The notes under the pieces were generated by a model. The model was not told the origin of the DNA. It saw nothing but the letters and a program-made list of their open reading frames with translations, and made no database searches. DNA of 63,828 nucleotides, the filler included, from Trichomonas gallinae (lineage: Eukaryota): the NCBI GenBank assembly GCA_008369845.1. It is 8 parts of 8 records of this genome, joined end to end, with 100 filler letters (N's around TTAATTAATTAA, not from the genome) between each part and the next. Parts side by side here need not be neighbours in the genome. Positions count along the whole stretch, not along the records: positions 9,132 to 27,641 come from MRSU01001165.1; 7 more parts are not named here. One strand, written 5' to 3'. Each line of letters opens with the position of its first letter. The first letter of the stretch is position 1. Made by a program: the position numbers and the translations under genes. Shown here piece by piece: positions 11,915 to 22,852 of the stretch.

Positions 11915-12211
11915 ATGGATTCTGATTTGAACGGGTTACTTTCTCAGAGAGAGCAGCAAGAGCAAAATCTGAATCTAATAGCAGAAGCAACAGGGGAAGT
12001 CAGGCAAATGTCCATAGTCATCAATGATGAATTGAGGAATCAAAATCAAATGTTGGCTGACGTACAAAACAAAATGGATACGGTTCAAGATAAGATACAA
12101 AGAAACGTGGAACAGATGGAAAAGCTCACACAATCATCGGAAGGCCCTTTATTATTGATTTGTGTAGTACTCACGCTTATTTTAATCGGAATGGTTTATT
12201 GGGCTTTATAA
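11915..12211 (+). CDS. Qc-SNARE (Bet1/syntaxin-6-like), tail-anchored
   Basis: SNARE heptads with zero-layer Q (INDELRNQNQML) and a C-terminal TM helix; TCACT initiator at 11898. Confidence 0.85.
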   Translation: MDSDLNGLLSQREQQEQNLNLIAEATGEVRQMSIVINDELRNQNQMLADVQNKMDTVQDKIQRNVEQMEKLTQSSEGPLLLICVVLTLILIGMVYWAL

Positions 12212-12643
12212 AATTACAACCTTGTCAAATTGGAAAAGTAATCTTTAGGAAAAATTATCGATCGAAAAAAAATCAATTCGATTCCAGACGAAACAAGCTC
12301 GCATCTCATTTAACCTAACTATTTCAATCATTATTTACACCACATTAACGAATCATGTTCTTCAATTCAACATTTTGAATCATTCTCTGTTTCACTACGC
12401 ATTAATACTTAATATATATATTTTGATGTTCAATTTGTAACTATTTCTTTACAAAAGTTATGTATTTACCAGTATATTATTTTTCTTGTTTGAATTTGTT
12501 TTAAATTGCTCTTTTACTTTATCAAACTTTTTAATTATTCATCATCATTTATATGAAGGAAGCGCTATTGTTAAAAAAATCACTCATTCATTTTTACAAA
12601 TAATTCGAGTTTTCTCAAAATTTGCATGCAAACAGATTAAACG

Positions 12644-13000
12644 TTACATTTTAAAGAGCAATATTACAAAATATATTTTACTCGGAAAGAAAATAAGAAA
12701 AAAATAATTATTGTGTTTTCGCGATTGTCAATAATTATGATCTTAAGAGGCAAATCAGCATCACATTCTTGGTTTGAAAGATGATGAAGCTTGTTGAATA
12801 CAAATTGAATTGATGTGTTAAGATTAACACTTCAAAATATTGTTGTAACACCATTAGGATTATCAAGATAGCATTGGTCAACAACAATATCTCCATATAT
12901 ATATATTCATGGTAGAACAAAACTGGACTAGAATTTGATGAGAAATAACAGGAACTAACATGAAGCGTTCCATAGATGTAATAAGACTATTCAGAATTTA
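12644..13000 (-). pseudogene. Decayed fragment of the same Cys/Asn-rich beta-helix-like surface family as 19148-20105
   Basis: Manual translation: LHVSSCYFSSNSSPVLFYHEYIY / frameshift at (AT)n / GDIVVDQCYLDNPNGVTTIF* ... LHHLSNQECDAD ... hydrophobic tail. This parallels IDLCVFISNSVPYIF..GDCFVDKCYL..LQYFSTENCNAD. Confidence 0.55.
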
Positions 13001-13306
13001 GTTGTTACCGAATGCATATGTTTATTGCTGTATTATATTTGTGAGATGTATCACGCCCGTATAAACCTTATAATATTAAAGGGGATGATATGATTAATGA
13101 GGGGTTAATTTTTAAAATTTTATATTGAAAAGAAAAATTTTTCATTAATATGAGATCTATATTATGTGTATTCTCCAAAAATAACAAAATCTTCGAAAAC
13201 ATTATTTAACGTTAAATATCAATTTTAAATTAAAAATCATAACCTATAGACATATAGCATTCTAAATCTAAAATATAAAAATATTAAAAAAAAAAATCAA
13301 AAAACC

Positions 13307-14920
13307 ATGGAGATCAAAGAAGTTTGCGAGGCTGTAATAAATTCGCAGACTGAAGAGACTATTTCTCGCTTTTCGACACTTACAGAAGAGCTGCCTACAA
13401 AAATCATCGAAATGACAGGAACTTTCAGCCAAAAACTGCAATTTTTGAAAGATAATCTCTATTTCGACGCATTACTTGCTTGTTTTTCAACCTCTTTATC
13501 ACTACAGCAGCAGCTAAGGATACTCAAACTCTGGGATATATTTTTCCAGACAGCTGGCGATAAAGAAGACTACGATATATTATTTTCCAATGATATGACG
13601 AACAAAGTTATATTATTCGCTTTCGATTTAAACTCAGAAGATATCAGACAATCATACGCAACAGTTTTGAAAGGAATATCTCTTAAATTTAAAGATTTTA
13701 ATCATGATTATCTGATATACAAAGAAGAGGTACCAATTTTATCTCATTCACTGCCATTTATCAACTTCCAAGACTCAGTTACAGTATCTGCTATGCGCTT
13801 TGTCATTCTAAATCTTTGTCTTTCACCAAATCCCCAAATTCAAGAAGCTTTAAGCGACAAACCATCACTTACACCAATAGAATTCCTTATTAATAACATA
13901 GATGTCGATGGATTCGCATTTTTAGCTGATTTTCTTCAAGTTGCTCCTTTAGATCTGAAAAATTACGCATTAAATCTTCTTAGAAAGAAATTGGACATCA
14001 GCGGCCCAGGATTCTTAGCTACAGCCATAACATTCCTTGCTGCTTCACAAGCCAAGTCTTTATTGATGGAAATCATTGATGCGAAAATTAAAACTTGGGA
14101 TTTGCGAGATCCTTTGATTTTAGGCATCATTTTGTTCTCAATCGAGAAGAAACTCCTCAAAGTTGATATAGCTTTACGCTACGGCTTCAATAACACTCCA
14201 ATTCCACTTTTTAATAAATCTACAAGACAAATCGAGAGAAAAGATGATTTGCTGAGAGAGTTGCAATCAATTATGGATGACTTGATATCTCCTGTGCACA
14301 CAGCTGTCATTCTTCGAATTTATATGATTTTATTCAAAAATCTCTATGAACCGATTTTAAAGACGAAAGAGAAGATTCTACATATCCTCCGAACCGAAGG
14401 AAGCCAAGACTTGCTGAGAGTCGTCATGTATCCTCCAACTCCATTAAGAACAAGAACAGATTTAGATTTTCTCCAGAAAAGCCAAGACATTCCACCGAGA
14501 TTCGATAATTTAATGCTGATACTCGCAGAAATACAGGGATATATAACGAAATATGTGGGAGATGCTTTTATTTGGTATTCGGTTCCAAGCTGCGAATTGC
14601 ATCGTTCTCTGTCGTTTAATTTGATGAATGAAGGACAACAGATAACAGCTGATGCCAATACTATTACTATAAATGGAACAACTCTCAACTTGAAAAATTG
14701 TATTATTACATTAGAAACCAAGAAATTCGTAAGCATCAAATACGTGACAACAGAGTCATCACCGCGAAGAGCCTCGCTGCCTTTCCGCACGCACAATGAA
14801 ACACTTTATAATTTCGACTTTGAATCCGGAAATGTTGCCCAGAGCTTCATTGAATATGTTTATGGCCAGCAGTGGCAGATGTGCCTGAAAATGCTTGATG
14901 CAATTGCTCACGATAAGTAA
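13307..14920 (+). CDS. FPL-domain (CLEC16A/TT9-like) protein
   Basis: LFSNDMTNKVILFAFDLNSEDIRQSYATVLKGISLK...PFINFQDSVTVSAMRFVILNL matches the FPL pattern (LLSNN..N.II...FDF.DEE....YISFLK.LSLK). Confidence 0.7.
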   Translation: MEIKEVCEAVINSQTEETISRFSTLTEELPTKIIEMTGTFSQKLQFLKDNLYFDALLACFSTSLSLQQQLRILKLWDIFFQTAGDKEDYDILFSNDMTNKVILFAFDLNSEDIRQSYATVLKGISLKFKDFNHDYLIYKEEVPILSHSLPFINFQDSVTVSAMRFVILNLCLSPNPQIQEALSDKPSLTPIEFLINNIDVDGFAFLADFLQVAPLDLKNYALNLLRKKLDISGPGFLATAITFLAASQAKSLLMEIIDAKIKTWDLRDPLILGIILFSIEKKLLKVDIALRYGFNNTPIPLFNKSTRQIERKDDLLRELQSIMDDLISPVHTAVILRIYMILFKNLYEPILKTKEKILHILRTEGSQDLLRVVMYPPTPLRTRTDLDFLQKSQDIPPRFDNLMLILAEIQGYITKYVGDAFIWYSVPSCELHRSLSFNLMNEGQQITADANTITINGTTLNLKNCIITLETKKFVSIKYVTTESSPRRASLPFRTHNETLYNFDFESGNVAQSFIEYVYGQQWQMCLKMLDAIAHDK

Positions 14921-15409
14921 TCATTTTTTTAATGTTTGTTAGATCATCGACATTCTTTTGTTTTTATCATTTAAATACTATTATATAACTCAGATTTGCT
15001 TATTTTTAACTTTCTATTAAAAATGTTAAAAAATCGGGCGAGCAAAAACAAATATGTAAGAAAGTTCAGCAAATGATAGTTGTTTATAAAAATCAGACAG
15101 ATGACAATAAACCAAAACAAAATAAAATTATCTATTAATTTTCTTTAACTAATTTGTGTATTATATCGTCAGGTAAATTAGATTTGTAGGAAAATAAAAG
15201 ATCACTATGATATGCAATTAAAAGACGAGGTAACCACAATAAAATTACAAAATATCGTAAAAGCAATGTATTCCCTGAGGAAAAATACTCAATTCCAGCA
15301 ACAATCTCCACGTGTAATTAAATAAGGCTTCTTCTATTGAGTATTTCGGACTTTTTCTGTATAATTCTTTGATTATATTAGACATGGTAAAAATATTTGT
15401 TTGTTTTGT

Positions 15410-15853
15410 TCAGCTAAATACAATAAGGTCGTCAACGACTTTTGGAAGGCTGGAAGGAGATGACTGAGAATTCATTAATTCTCTCTGTTGGCGAAGGTGG
15501 AGTTCTTCAAGTGCGGCTATCTCCTGCTTCTGTTTCTCTAGCAGAGCCTTGTAGTCAGGGTCATTGAAAACCTCCTCGTCAAGGTCATCAGATAATTCTT
15601 CCTGTTTCGGAGCAATCTGTTGCCTGTAGTCAGTCAGGGATTGCCTGAGTGCTTCACTGATTTGGTTCCTGATCGAGTTTTTCACCTCAATTTCCTCTGC
15701 GGGCGACAGGCCGACGTTTTGTGCTAATTCGGAAACAACTTGGGCTATATCATCGTTTTCGGTGTCGAACGGGAATCCGATTTTTATGTCCTCATTATCT
15801 CTGTGGATTGTGAGGTTGATCTCGACATGGCTTGGAAAACCTACTGCAGACAT
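15410..15853 (-). CDS. Small protein with WNK-kinase CCT/PF2-like domain and coiled coil, no kinase domain
   Basis: First ATG is 15853 (MSAVGFP). IKIGFPFDTENDDIAQVVSELAQNVGL resembles the WNK I.F.FD...D....VA.EM motif. Confidence 0.6.
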   Translation of the reverse strand: MSAVGFPSHVEINLTIHRDNEDIKIGFPFDTENDDIAQVVSELAQNVGLSPAEEIEVKNSIRNQISEALRQSLTDYRQQIAPKQEELSDDLDEEVFNDPDYKALLEKQKQEIAALEELHLRQQRELMNSQSSPSSLPKVVDDLIVFS

Positions 15854-15886
15854 TGCCTGTTTTTTTTTAAAGGGAAATTTCAAAAG

Positions 15887-16130
15887 AAAACGATTATTTT
15901 CACATTTACCCTTTTTTAATTACCCTTATAATTGTGAAGAAAACGATTATTTTTTTAAATTTCCCTTAAATTTTCCCCTTAGAAATCGACACTTTTGTAA
16001 CCGAAATTGAATGGAAAACGATTATTTTCATATTTACCCTTTTAAATTACCCCTTTATTTGTGAGGAAACGATTATTATCACATTTACCCTTTAAATTTA
16101 CCCTTGTATTTGTGAGTAAAACGATTATTT
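15887..16130. repeat. Degenerate ~52-bp tandem repeat, 5 copies of AAACGATTATT
   Basis: Core at 15887, 15940, 16015, 16067 and 16118; units contain TTTACCCTT and TGTGA. Confidence 0.9.
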
Positions 16131-16686
16131 AAAAATTTTGCTCCAAAATTAGTCAATGTTTTGTCACTTTTGGTTCTTTTTAATCATTACCCTTTTTAAT
16201 TTTTGTTTTCGAATTAATATTACCTCAATATTACAAAAATCACTGAAATCATGATTTTTTTCCCGAAAAAAGTGATTTGTCACGTTTCCGAAAATCTTTG
16301 ATGAGTTTTAAACTTTCGATAGATAGATTCATCTACATATATGCAATCCAAATTTCACTTCAAATTGTCTCAACCACTAAAAATAAACAAAATGACAAAT
16401 GACAAGGTTATAATCTCCAGATCACAGCCTTTAAATCAAATATTTCAAATAACTACACGAAATATGACCTATTAGCGCAATTCTGCATTTTTTTCGAAAG
16501 ATTTTTATTGAGAGAAATTTTTAATTTTGATTTTTGTCCATTTTACATATTATTTCTGAAATAAATAGTTGATACTATAACATAATCCTAAAGCAAAGCT
16601 CATAAAAAACCAAAAAATAATAAATAATATTTTGATTAATTGTTAGAGTATTAAAAAGATGATAATGTTTATTAACAAGCCGAGAA

Positions 16687-18156
16687 TTAAACTCTGAGAG
16701 ATTCATCGTCTTCGTTATTATATGGATTGCTGATTGGAGCAACATTGTTTAGTGGCGGTGTTGGTGCGTTTGCGTTTGTTGTAGCTGGTGCTGGAATATC
16801 AACATCTGCCTGGAAATCAGGAGATGGCTGAACTTCAATTTCTTGATCATTTTCTAAAACATCTGTTGGAACTTCAACGATCCTTGGCATTGGTGGAAGT
16901 GGTGTCTCACCATCCCATATCTGCGTGGCATTGTTGAAGATTGTGTTGAAGTCGAGTCTTTCGATATCTTCGATTGTAAATTCTTGTGGTTGCTGTGGTT
17001 CGCTTGAAGCAAGGGAAGCATAGCCACCACGAGCACGCTCGAGACGGAAGAGATACATTGCACCAATAACGAGTGCGAGGTTGACAAGATCTGCAAAGAA
17101 CTGGTAAATCCACTCTGGAATTCCGAAGATTGCGAAGACAAGCTGCAACATAACGGTGAGGCCTAAGTAAATAACAAGAATATATGAGATCAATCTGTAG
17201 ATTGTTAATTTCTTCTTAAGTGGAGTAGTAGTTGGGTCAATTCCGCGCTCCGCAATAACATACATGTGAGCATAGATCTGAATCATGCACATTCTTGTTC
17301 CCTTCATAACAATACGAATTACGAAATACAATGCGATGGCAAATACGACAAGTAAAACCAAGCTGAGCCAAAATGATTTTGCGTATCTATAACCGTAAAT
17401 TGTGCCAATCATTATAGCATCAAGGAGAAGGATAAGACCAATATCCTTATATGTGTAGTTGTTGTGAATGATTCCGAAGCCGTTTGATGTTAAAACGAAG
17501 CAAGATATTGTGATGAACATGAAGAAGCATGCGAAAACAACTGTAGCTTCAGCAACTCCATTGTTAGAATCAGATTTATTGAAATGCGCATAGTAGCCAC
17601 AGTCAACGAGGACAGTAAGAAGAGCTAAGACGAAAGCAGCAGTGAAAACTTTGTGAACAAGTGAAGATCCTTTGCAATTGAGTGCCCAGTTGATAAACCA
17701 GTAAATCAAGCATAGAGCGAACAAGACAGCCATTATAGGCTTAGCGTAGAGGCATGGAATCAAATCTGTTGATAATTTAGAATCTGGATTAGCATAATGA
17801 AGATCTGCTTTATAAATTGAAGAAAATGACTTGCAACTGGCTATTGCCGTGTAATAACGAGCTCTGGCAGGAACTTTAAGATAGAAGTCAGCTTTACCTT
17901 TAACAACTTCATGATAATCAGCTGTAGAGCACATTTGAGCGAATGTATCGCAGTTAAGGAACTTATATTCTGCCATTTTCTTGATTTCATCACTTGTGCA
18001 GAGAGCGACAACAAGTGCACCTGAGTTTGCATCAGTAAAGTTAGCTGTGAGTGTACCGCCTGACTGAAATCCCCATCTGAGAACTGATGGGGCAATAATT
18101 GTGTCAGAGGAATATGCTGTGAGTGTCACACGATATCCTAGGATTAAGGAAAGCAT
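16687..18156 (-). CDS. GOST/lung-7TM (GPR107/TMEM87-like) membrane protein
   Basis: ATG 18156 preceded by a TCACT initiator; luminal domain ending NPDSKLS; about 7 TM helices with GFGII; acidic/Pro-rich tail. Confidence 0.65.
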   Translation of the reverse strand: MLSLILGYRVTLTAYSSDTIIAPSVLRWGFQSGGTLTANFTDANSGALVVALCTSDEIKKMAEYKFLNCDTFAQMCSTADYHEVVKGKADFYLKVPARARYYTAIASCKSFSSIYKADLHYANPDSKLSTDLIPCLYAKPIMAVLFALCLIYWFINWALNCKGSSLVHKVFTAAFVLALLTVLVDCGYYAHFNKSDSNNGVAEATVVFACFFMFITISCFVLTSNGFGIIHNNYTYKDIGLILLLDAIMIGTIYGYRYAKSFWLSLVLLVVFAIALYFVIRIVMKGTRMCMIQIYAHMYVIAERGIDPTTTPLKKKLTIYRLISYILVIYLGLTVMLQLVFAIFGIPEWIYQFFADLVNLALVIGAMYLFRLERARGGYASLASSEPQQPQEFTIEDIERLDFNTIFNNATQIWDGETPLPPMPRIVEVPTDVLENDQEIEVQPSPDFQADVDIPAPATTNANAPTPPLNNVAPISNPYNNEDDESLRV

Positions 18157-18297
18157 TTTGAAAAGTGACAATTTTTTTAATTAATCAATCAATTTTCGAT
18201 CAGTTATAAATCGATTGAACTCTAGCAGATGATTGATTTTCCTTCGATTTATTTTCAAAATCTCGTTTTCCATAGAAACCTTATCATAGAAATCTTA

Positions 18298-18964
18298 TTT
18301 ACATGACAAATTTTTAAAATAATCGTCATTTTCATATAATTATTTTTATTTACATGTCAAATTTATATATCAACGTCATTTTTCAATATTAAAAAAATAT
18401 ACGCCACTTTTTGAATCGCTCAAAAAATGGCAGTAAATTTTTATTTTTGCGTCTTCAATTTTGAATCATTTTAAGCATCTTTTATTCATGATATATATTA
18501 TTAATCGTTTCAATTCAAAATTGAATACTCAAGAATTTACATGACAAATTAATTTATCATTGTCATATTATTATTTACACGACAAATTTCCAAAGTCTTC
18601 ATGAAAATTAAGCATCAAAACATCTACCATACGATTAACATTCCTTTCTAATTATAATTCTAAGTTTAATGATGGTAGATGTATAAGTTAGAAGATTACT
18701 TCTATAGTAGAATGTAAAAATCTTTATTATATCTAAAATAGTATATTTACATGTCAAAAGGTCATATTAATATCACTTTTCTAGATTTACATGCCAAAAG
18801 CTTATTCAATGGAATTCTTTAGTATCAGTGCATGTATTCAGTTTCCCAAATTACATGCTGTTACACTATGTGGTGAATATTCTTTCCTAAATGTATTATT
18901 AAGTTTACGAACACAATACGATATGGGAAGGCTTTTTCCTATATGATGATATTTACATGTCAAA
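18298..18964 (+). repeat. Seven co-oriented copies of TTTACAYGNCAAA
   Basis: Copies start at 18298, 18349, 18536, 18574, 18746, 18786 and 18952. Confidence 0.85.
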
Positions 18965-19027
18965 TTATGTCACCTTTCAATGAGGAGACAAAAACATAAA
19001 ATTAATTAAAATTGCTTGCAATTAGCT

Positions 19028-20105
19028 ATGTTTCAGAAAATTATTTGTTTCTTATTCAATTCCATAAATTTTTCAGTGTTTCTTATTCAATTCCATAAAT
19101 AACGAAGATTTTCTCACTCACCACGTCGTGCCATTCCATTCTCAGTAGTGCATAAGCATGATCCTATATGGGATCGGTTTGTTGGACCAGATATTACACC
19201 TTATATACTCACCAACCCAAAGTTAAGAATTACACAAGGGGATATATTAGTATTAGAACTATATTTTGTTAATTTTCGATGGAAAGGAGCAATAAATATT
19301 CATAATATAGCTGGAAATCACGTATTAATAGCTAAATCTTTCTTTTATCATATCAAATCCTCTGAAAGTGGTGGATCTGTTAATGTAACTAGGGGATCCT
19401 GCGTTCAATACCATGTTTGTAGCATTGATTCATACAGCAATAATTTTGGATGTCATTCTTATGTAGCTGCAAATCCAAATTATATTATTGAAAGCTCAAT
19501 TTCACAGTTTGGGATATTCTTCTTCTATTTATCTTACGGGTTTAAATAAACTTATTGAATCCACAAACATCTCTTTTTCAAAATGCACACAAGTTTCTGG
19601 ATATTATTGCTATTCTGATAGTGAATTTGCACAAACAAATTTTACATCGGTATTTAATAACACAGCAGATCGATTATATATTGTAGGTCATGAATTTTGT
19701 AGTCAAAATATTTCTCATTGTAAATTTATTAATAATGTTGTACCCACTAAATTATATGGACTTATTTTCAATAATGAAAAATCGGTGAGAATTGATTTGT
19801 GCGTTTTTATATCGAATTCTGTCCCTTATATATTCTTTACAAATGCTGGAGATTGTTTTGTTGATAAATGTTATCTATGCAATAATACTTTTGAAACAAT
19901 GGCATACAATGGTATATGGGACATATTAAATGAGAATATTAAAACAACGGATTCACTTGAATTCGATCTTCAGTATTTTTCTACTGAAAATTGCAATGCT
20001 GATTTTCTTAGTTCGCTCATTGATGAAAGAACTAGTGACATTTCATCAGATATCAAAATCATCCTAATGATGCATTCAATATTTGTTTGTTCTGGTTTTT
20101 CATAA
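19028..20105 (+). pseudogene. Frameshifted Cys/Asn-rich beta-helix-like surface protein gene
   Basis: Two overlapping ORFs join as ..ESSISQFG/YSSSIYL.. if one G of GGG at 19511-19513 is removed. No in-frame ATG; a 24-bp direct duplication lies at 19046/19077 in the 5' region. Confidence 0.7.
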
Positions 20106-20212
20106 TAATTAAGCGAATTCAAAATTGAATGAAAGCGCCAAAAGAATCGCCCCTAAATTAGTATAAATATTGAATCAGTATTATTTTGTTTTGAGAGTTG
20201 CAAAATATCATG

Positions 20213-21487
20213 TTAAAAATCGTCATCATTCAGATAAATTTGAATCAAGCTCTTCATTTCGTTACTTTTCGATTCTTTCATCATTTTTCGACTGACAAAT
20301 GCTTTATTTTCCAATAATATCTTTGCTATATCAACACTGTCATTTTCGATTGCAATATTCAATGGTGTCTTAGCATCATTAGACTCGATGTCAATCATTG
20401 CTCCATGTTTTACAAAAAGATCAACAATTTTCTTACTCTTCGATGATACAGCAAAATGCAATGCTGTCATACCACCTTCGCATTTTTTATTAAGCTCGCA
20501 TCTCCCATTTTCAATTAGAATTTTCGCACATTTCTCATTGCCCGCAATGCATGCATTGTGGATAGGCTGCAGTCCAATAAAGTCGAAATCATTTACGTTT
20601 TCACCATTTTCCAATAAAAACAAAATTAAATCTTCTCTTGAATTAGAAACGAAAGTCAAAGGTGTGAATTCTTGAGGTGTTAAATCTATTTTCCCTAACT
20701 TTAATAGATATAATAATGCATCTGTGTTGAATTTTGGCTGGATTTCGAAGAAATTTATATTTGGAATTTCGTAATTTTCACACAACCAGTTTAAAATCAC
20801 ATTATTGTGCGATTCTATGGCAACAATGAAGGTTTGTGATAAATCGCAACCGTTTTGCTGACAAAGTCTAACAATTTCATGATTACCTCCATATACTGCT
20901 TTTTTTCCTGTTTCATTATTAACCATTGCTTTGTTCATCAATAAATATCTGAATATTTTAGTAGATCCGAATGTAGCTGCAAGGTCTGCCATTGAAATGT
21001 TATTTCCACGGAAGTGATATTCTTTTGTGTAGTCAAAATCGTTTTTGTTTGATTCTTCTATAAATTTATCAAAGTTATCTAGTCGGATTAAGTATGGTAT
21101 TGTTGACCTTTCGAATTCTTCTTCAATTAAATCTAAATTCATGCTTGTATACATTGGTATTCTTGGTCTTTTTGCACTTATTATCTTATTTCGAATCAAA
21201 TATTCTGAAAATCGACCTGATTTGACATAAATTGTTTCCGATTTTGGTAATTTGCTTAGAATATGAACTAAAAATTTCCAAGAAAATGGCCTAATGTTTG
21301 AAATATGACATACTAAGGCGAAAATATATTCATACTCGTTGGAAAAATTCTCAAAGATATATTTTATTGACTCGTTCAAACTTTCAGCTGTTAAGTCACA
21401 CAGAAAATCTTCAATTTTATGAAATCTTTTGATTCCCTCATCATATTTATCAAATAAGCTATCATCCAAATATACTTCATCTGACAT
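20213..21487 (-). CDS. Ankyrin repeat protein (DUF3447-type trichomonad family)
   Basis: AATFGSTKIFRYL, AVYGGNHEIVRLC, AIESHNNVILNWL, followed by ankyrin repeats (PIHNAC, TALHFAV, TPLNIAI). ATG 21487. Confidence 0.9.
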   Translation of the reverse strand: MSDEVYLDDSLFDKYDEGIKRFHKIEDFLCDLTAESLNESIKYIFENFSNEYEYIFALVCHISNIRPFSWKFLVHILSKLPKSETIYVKSGRFSEYLIRNKIISAKRPRIPMYTSMNLDLIEEEFERSTIPYLIRLDNFDKFIEESNKNDFDYTKEYHFRGNNISMADLAATFGSTKIFRYLLMNKAMVNNETGKKAVYGGNHEIVRLCQQNGCDLSQTFIVAIESHNNVILNWLCENYEIPNINFFEIQPKFNTDALLYLLKLGKIDLTPQEFTPLTFVSNSREDLILFLLENGENVNDFDFIGLQPIHNACIAGNEKCAKILIENGRCELNKKCEGGMTALHFAVSSKSKKIVDLFVKHGAMIDIESNDAKTPLNIAIENDSVDIAKILLENKAFVSRKMMKESKSNEMKSLIQIYLNDDDF

Positions 21488-21929
21488 TTGACACTTTACG
21501 AAATATGACACTTTATGATCAATGAGACTTTGCAGCAGATAATGCTGAAAATATCAAGAATTGTATTTAAGTATTTTTATATGGTTATTCTAAGCATGTA
21601 TGTCTTCTCTCTTGAGACAATAAAATCAAGAAATCTTTTAAATTAATGATGCCTATAACACACTTTTTTTTATTGGAATATCATTATGGAATTGCAGAGT
21701 ATCACGATAAAATTTTATTTTAAAATAACAAAGGTTCTATATTGCATTGACTTTATTGTTCCTAGAAATATGACCAATTATGCTGAAATCACTTGCTTCA
21801 GTCTTGATAATATTATCATTATAATATTTGGAAATAATACCTTGTATATTCGCGCTAAAACAAAAAGAAAACAATAAAAACATTCGTCACTTTTAATTGT
21901 CAATTTTTAGCCGTCACTTTTTAATATTA

Positions 21930-22592
21930 ATGATTTTTTTATTTTCAATTTTAGGAAAATCAGAGGAACTAAATGGAATATTTTCCAAATGTTTTCATGA
22001 CAAATTAATCGAAATAGAAGCCAGTGGTTCATCAAAACAAGATATAAATGACACAATGCAGGTGACTCTTCCGGAATATTCGGTTTATCCATGGGAAAAG
22101 AGATACGATTGGTGCTCAAACTGTGGCCGTAGTTACGACTTTCATCCTTGGATTACTTATAGCATTAAAAATCGCAAAATGAAATTTAATAAGTATTATG
22201 TTCGTTGTGGATGCTGTTACAACAAGTGTTGCTGCGATGATGATTATTACGGATGCTTTGATTGCGGCCTTTACAGTTGGTCTGTGCACATTTCGGACGA
22301 TAAGAAAACATGGACTGAAATTCACAGAGTTGACAAGGACAATGAAATGAGAAGATGCAAGGAGAATACATATACACTCGGTAAAGAGTACACAACTACA
22401 TATGTCAGAATTACTCAAAACGATCCTTGCCCAGGAAGGCCACCTTGCATGTCCATTAACAGAATTGAGTTCTTTGGTAGTACTTTTGGCGAAGGAGGTG
22501 AAGATGAAGATCAACAATTCGTCTCTTTCCATGATGACGATGAAGATGTCAGCATCATTGGCCACATAGCAAGAAACTCAGACACTAAATGA
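21930..22592 (+). CDS. F5/8 type C (discoidin-like) domain protein with Cys-rich insertion
   Basis: Hydrophobic N-terminus; W..HISDDKKTWTEIH, YVRITQ, INRIEFFG; TCACT initiator at 21914. Confidence 0.75.
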   Translation: MIFLFSILGKSEELNGIFSKCFHDKLIEIEASGSSKQDINDTMQVTLPEYSVYPWEKRYDWCSNCGRSYDFHPWITYSIKNRKMKFNKYYVRCGCCYNKCCCDDDYYGCFDCGLYSWSVHISDDKKTWTEIHRVDKDNEMRRCKENTYTLGKEYTTTYVRITQNDPCPGRPPCMSINRIEFFGSTFGEGGEDEDQQFVSFHDDDEDVSIIGHIARNSDTK

Positions 22593-22852
22593 ACAACACA
22601 TTTGTATTATTGAAGCAAAAAACTAATTTTCATCAGTTAAGTTAATTTTAGAAATTTCTCAAATTTTTAAAACCCTAAAATTGTTTTAAAATATTATAAT
22701 TCATGACAAGTATATTATGAGTTTATCATCAAAATTTAACAACGGTGCGACTCTGTAAAAGTGTCATTATTACGACTCCTCATTACAAAATTGAATCTTG
22801 GTATGTAATGTATTTTCCAAACATATAAAATATAAAACTAATCTTTATTCAT

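Noticed and set aside
15887..16130. Regularly spaced repeats as a CRISPR-like array
   Set aside because: The intervening sequences are themselves similar, no cas genes are present, and the context is eukaryotic.
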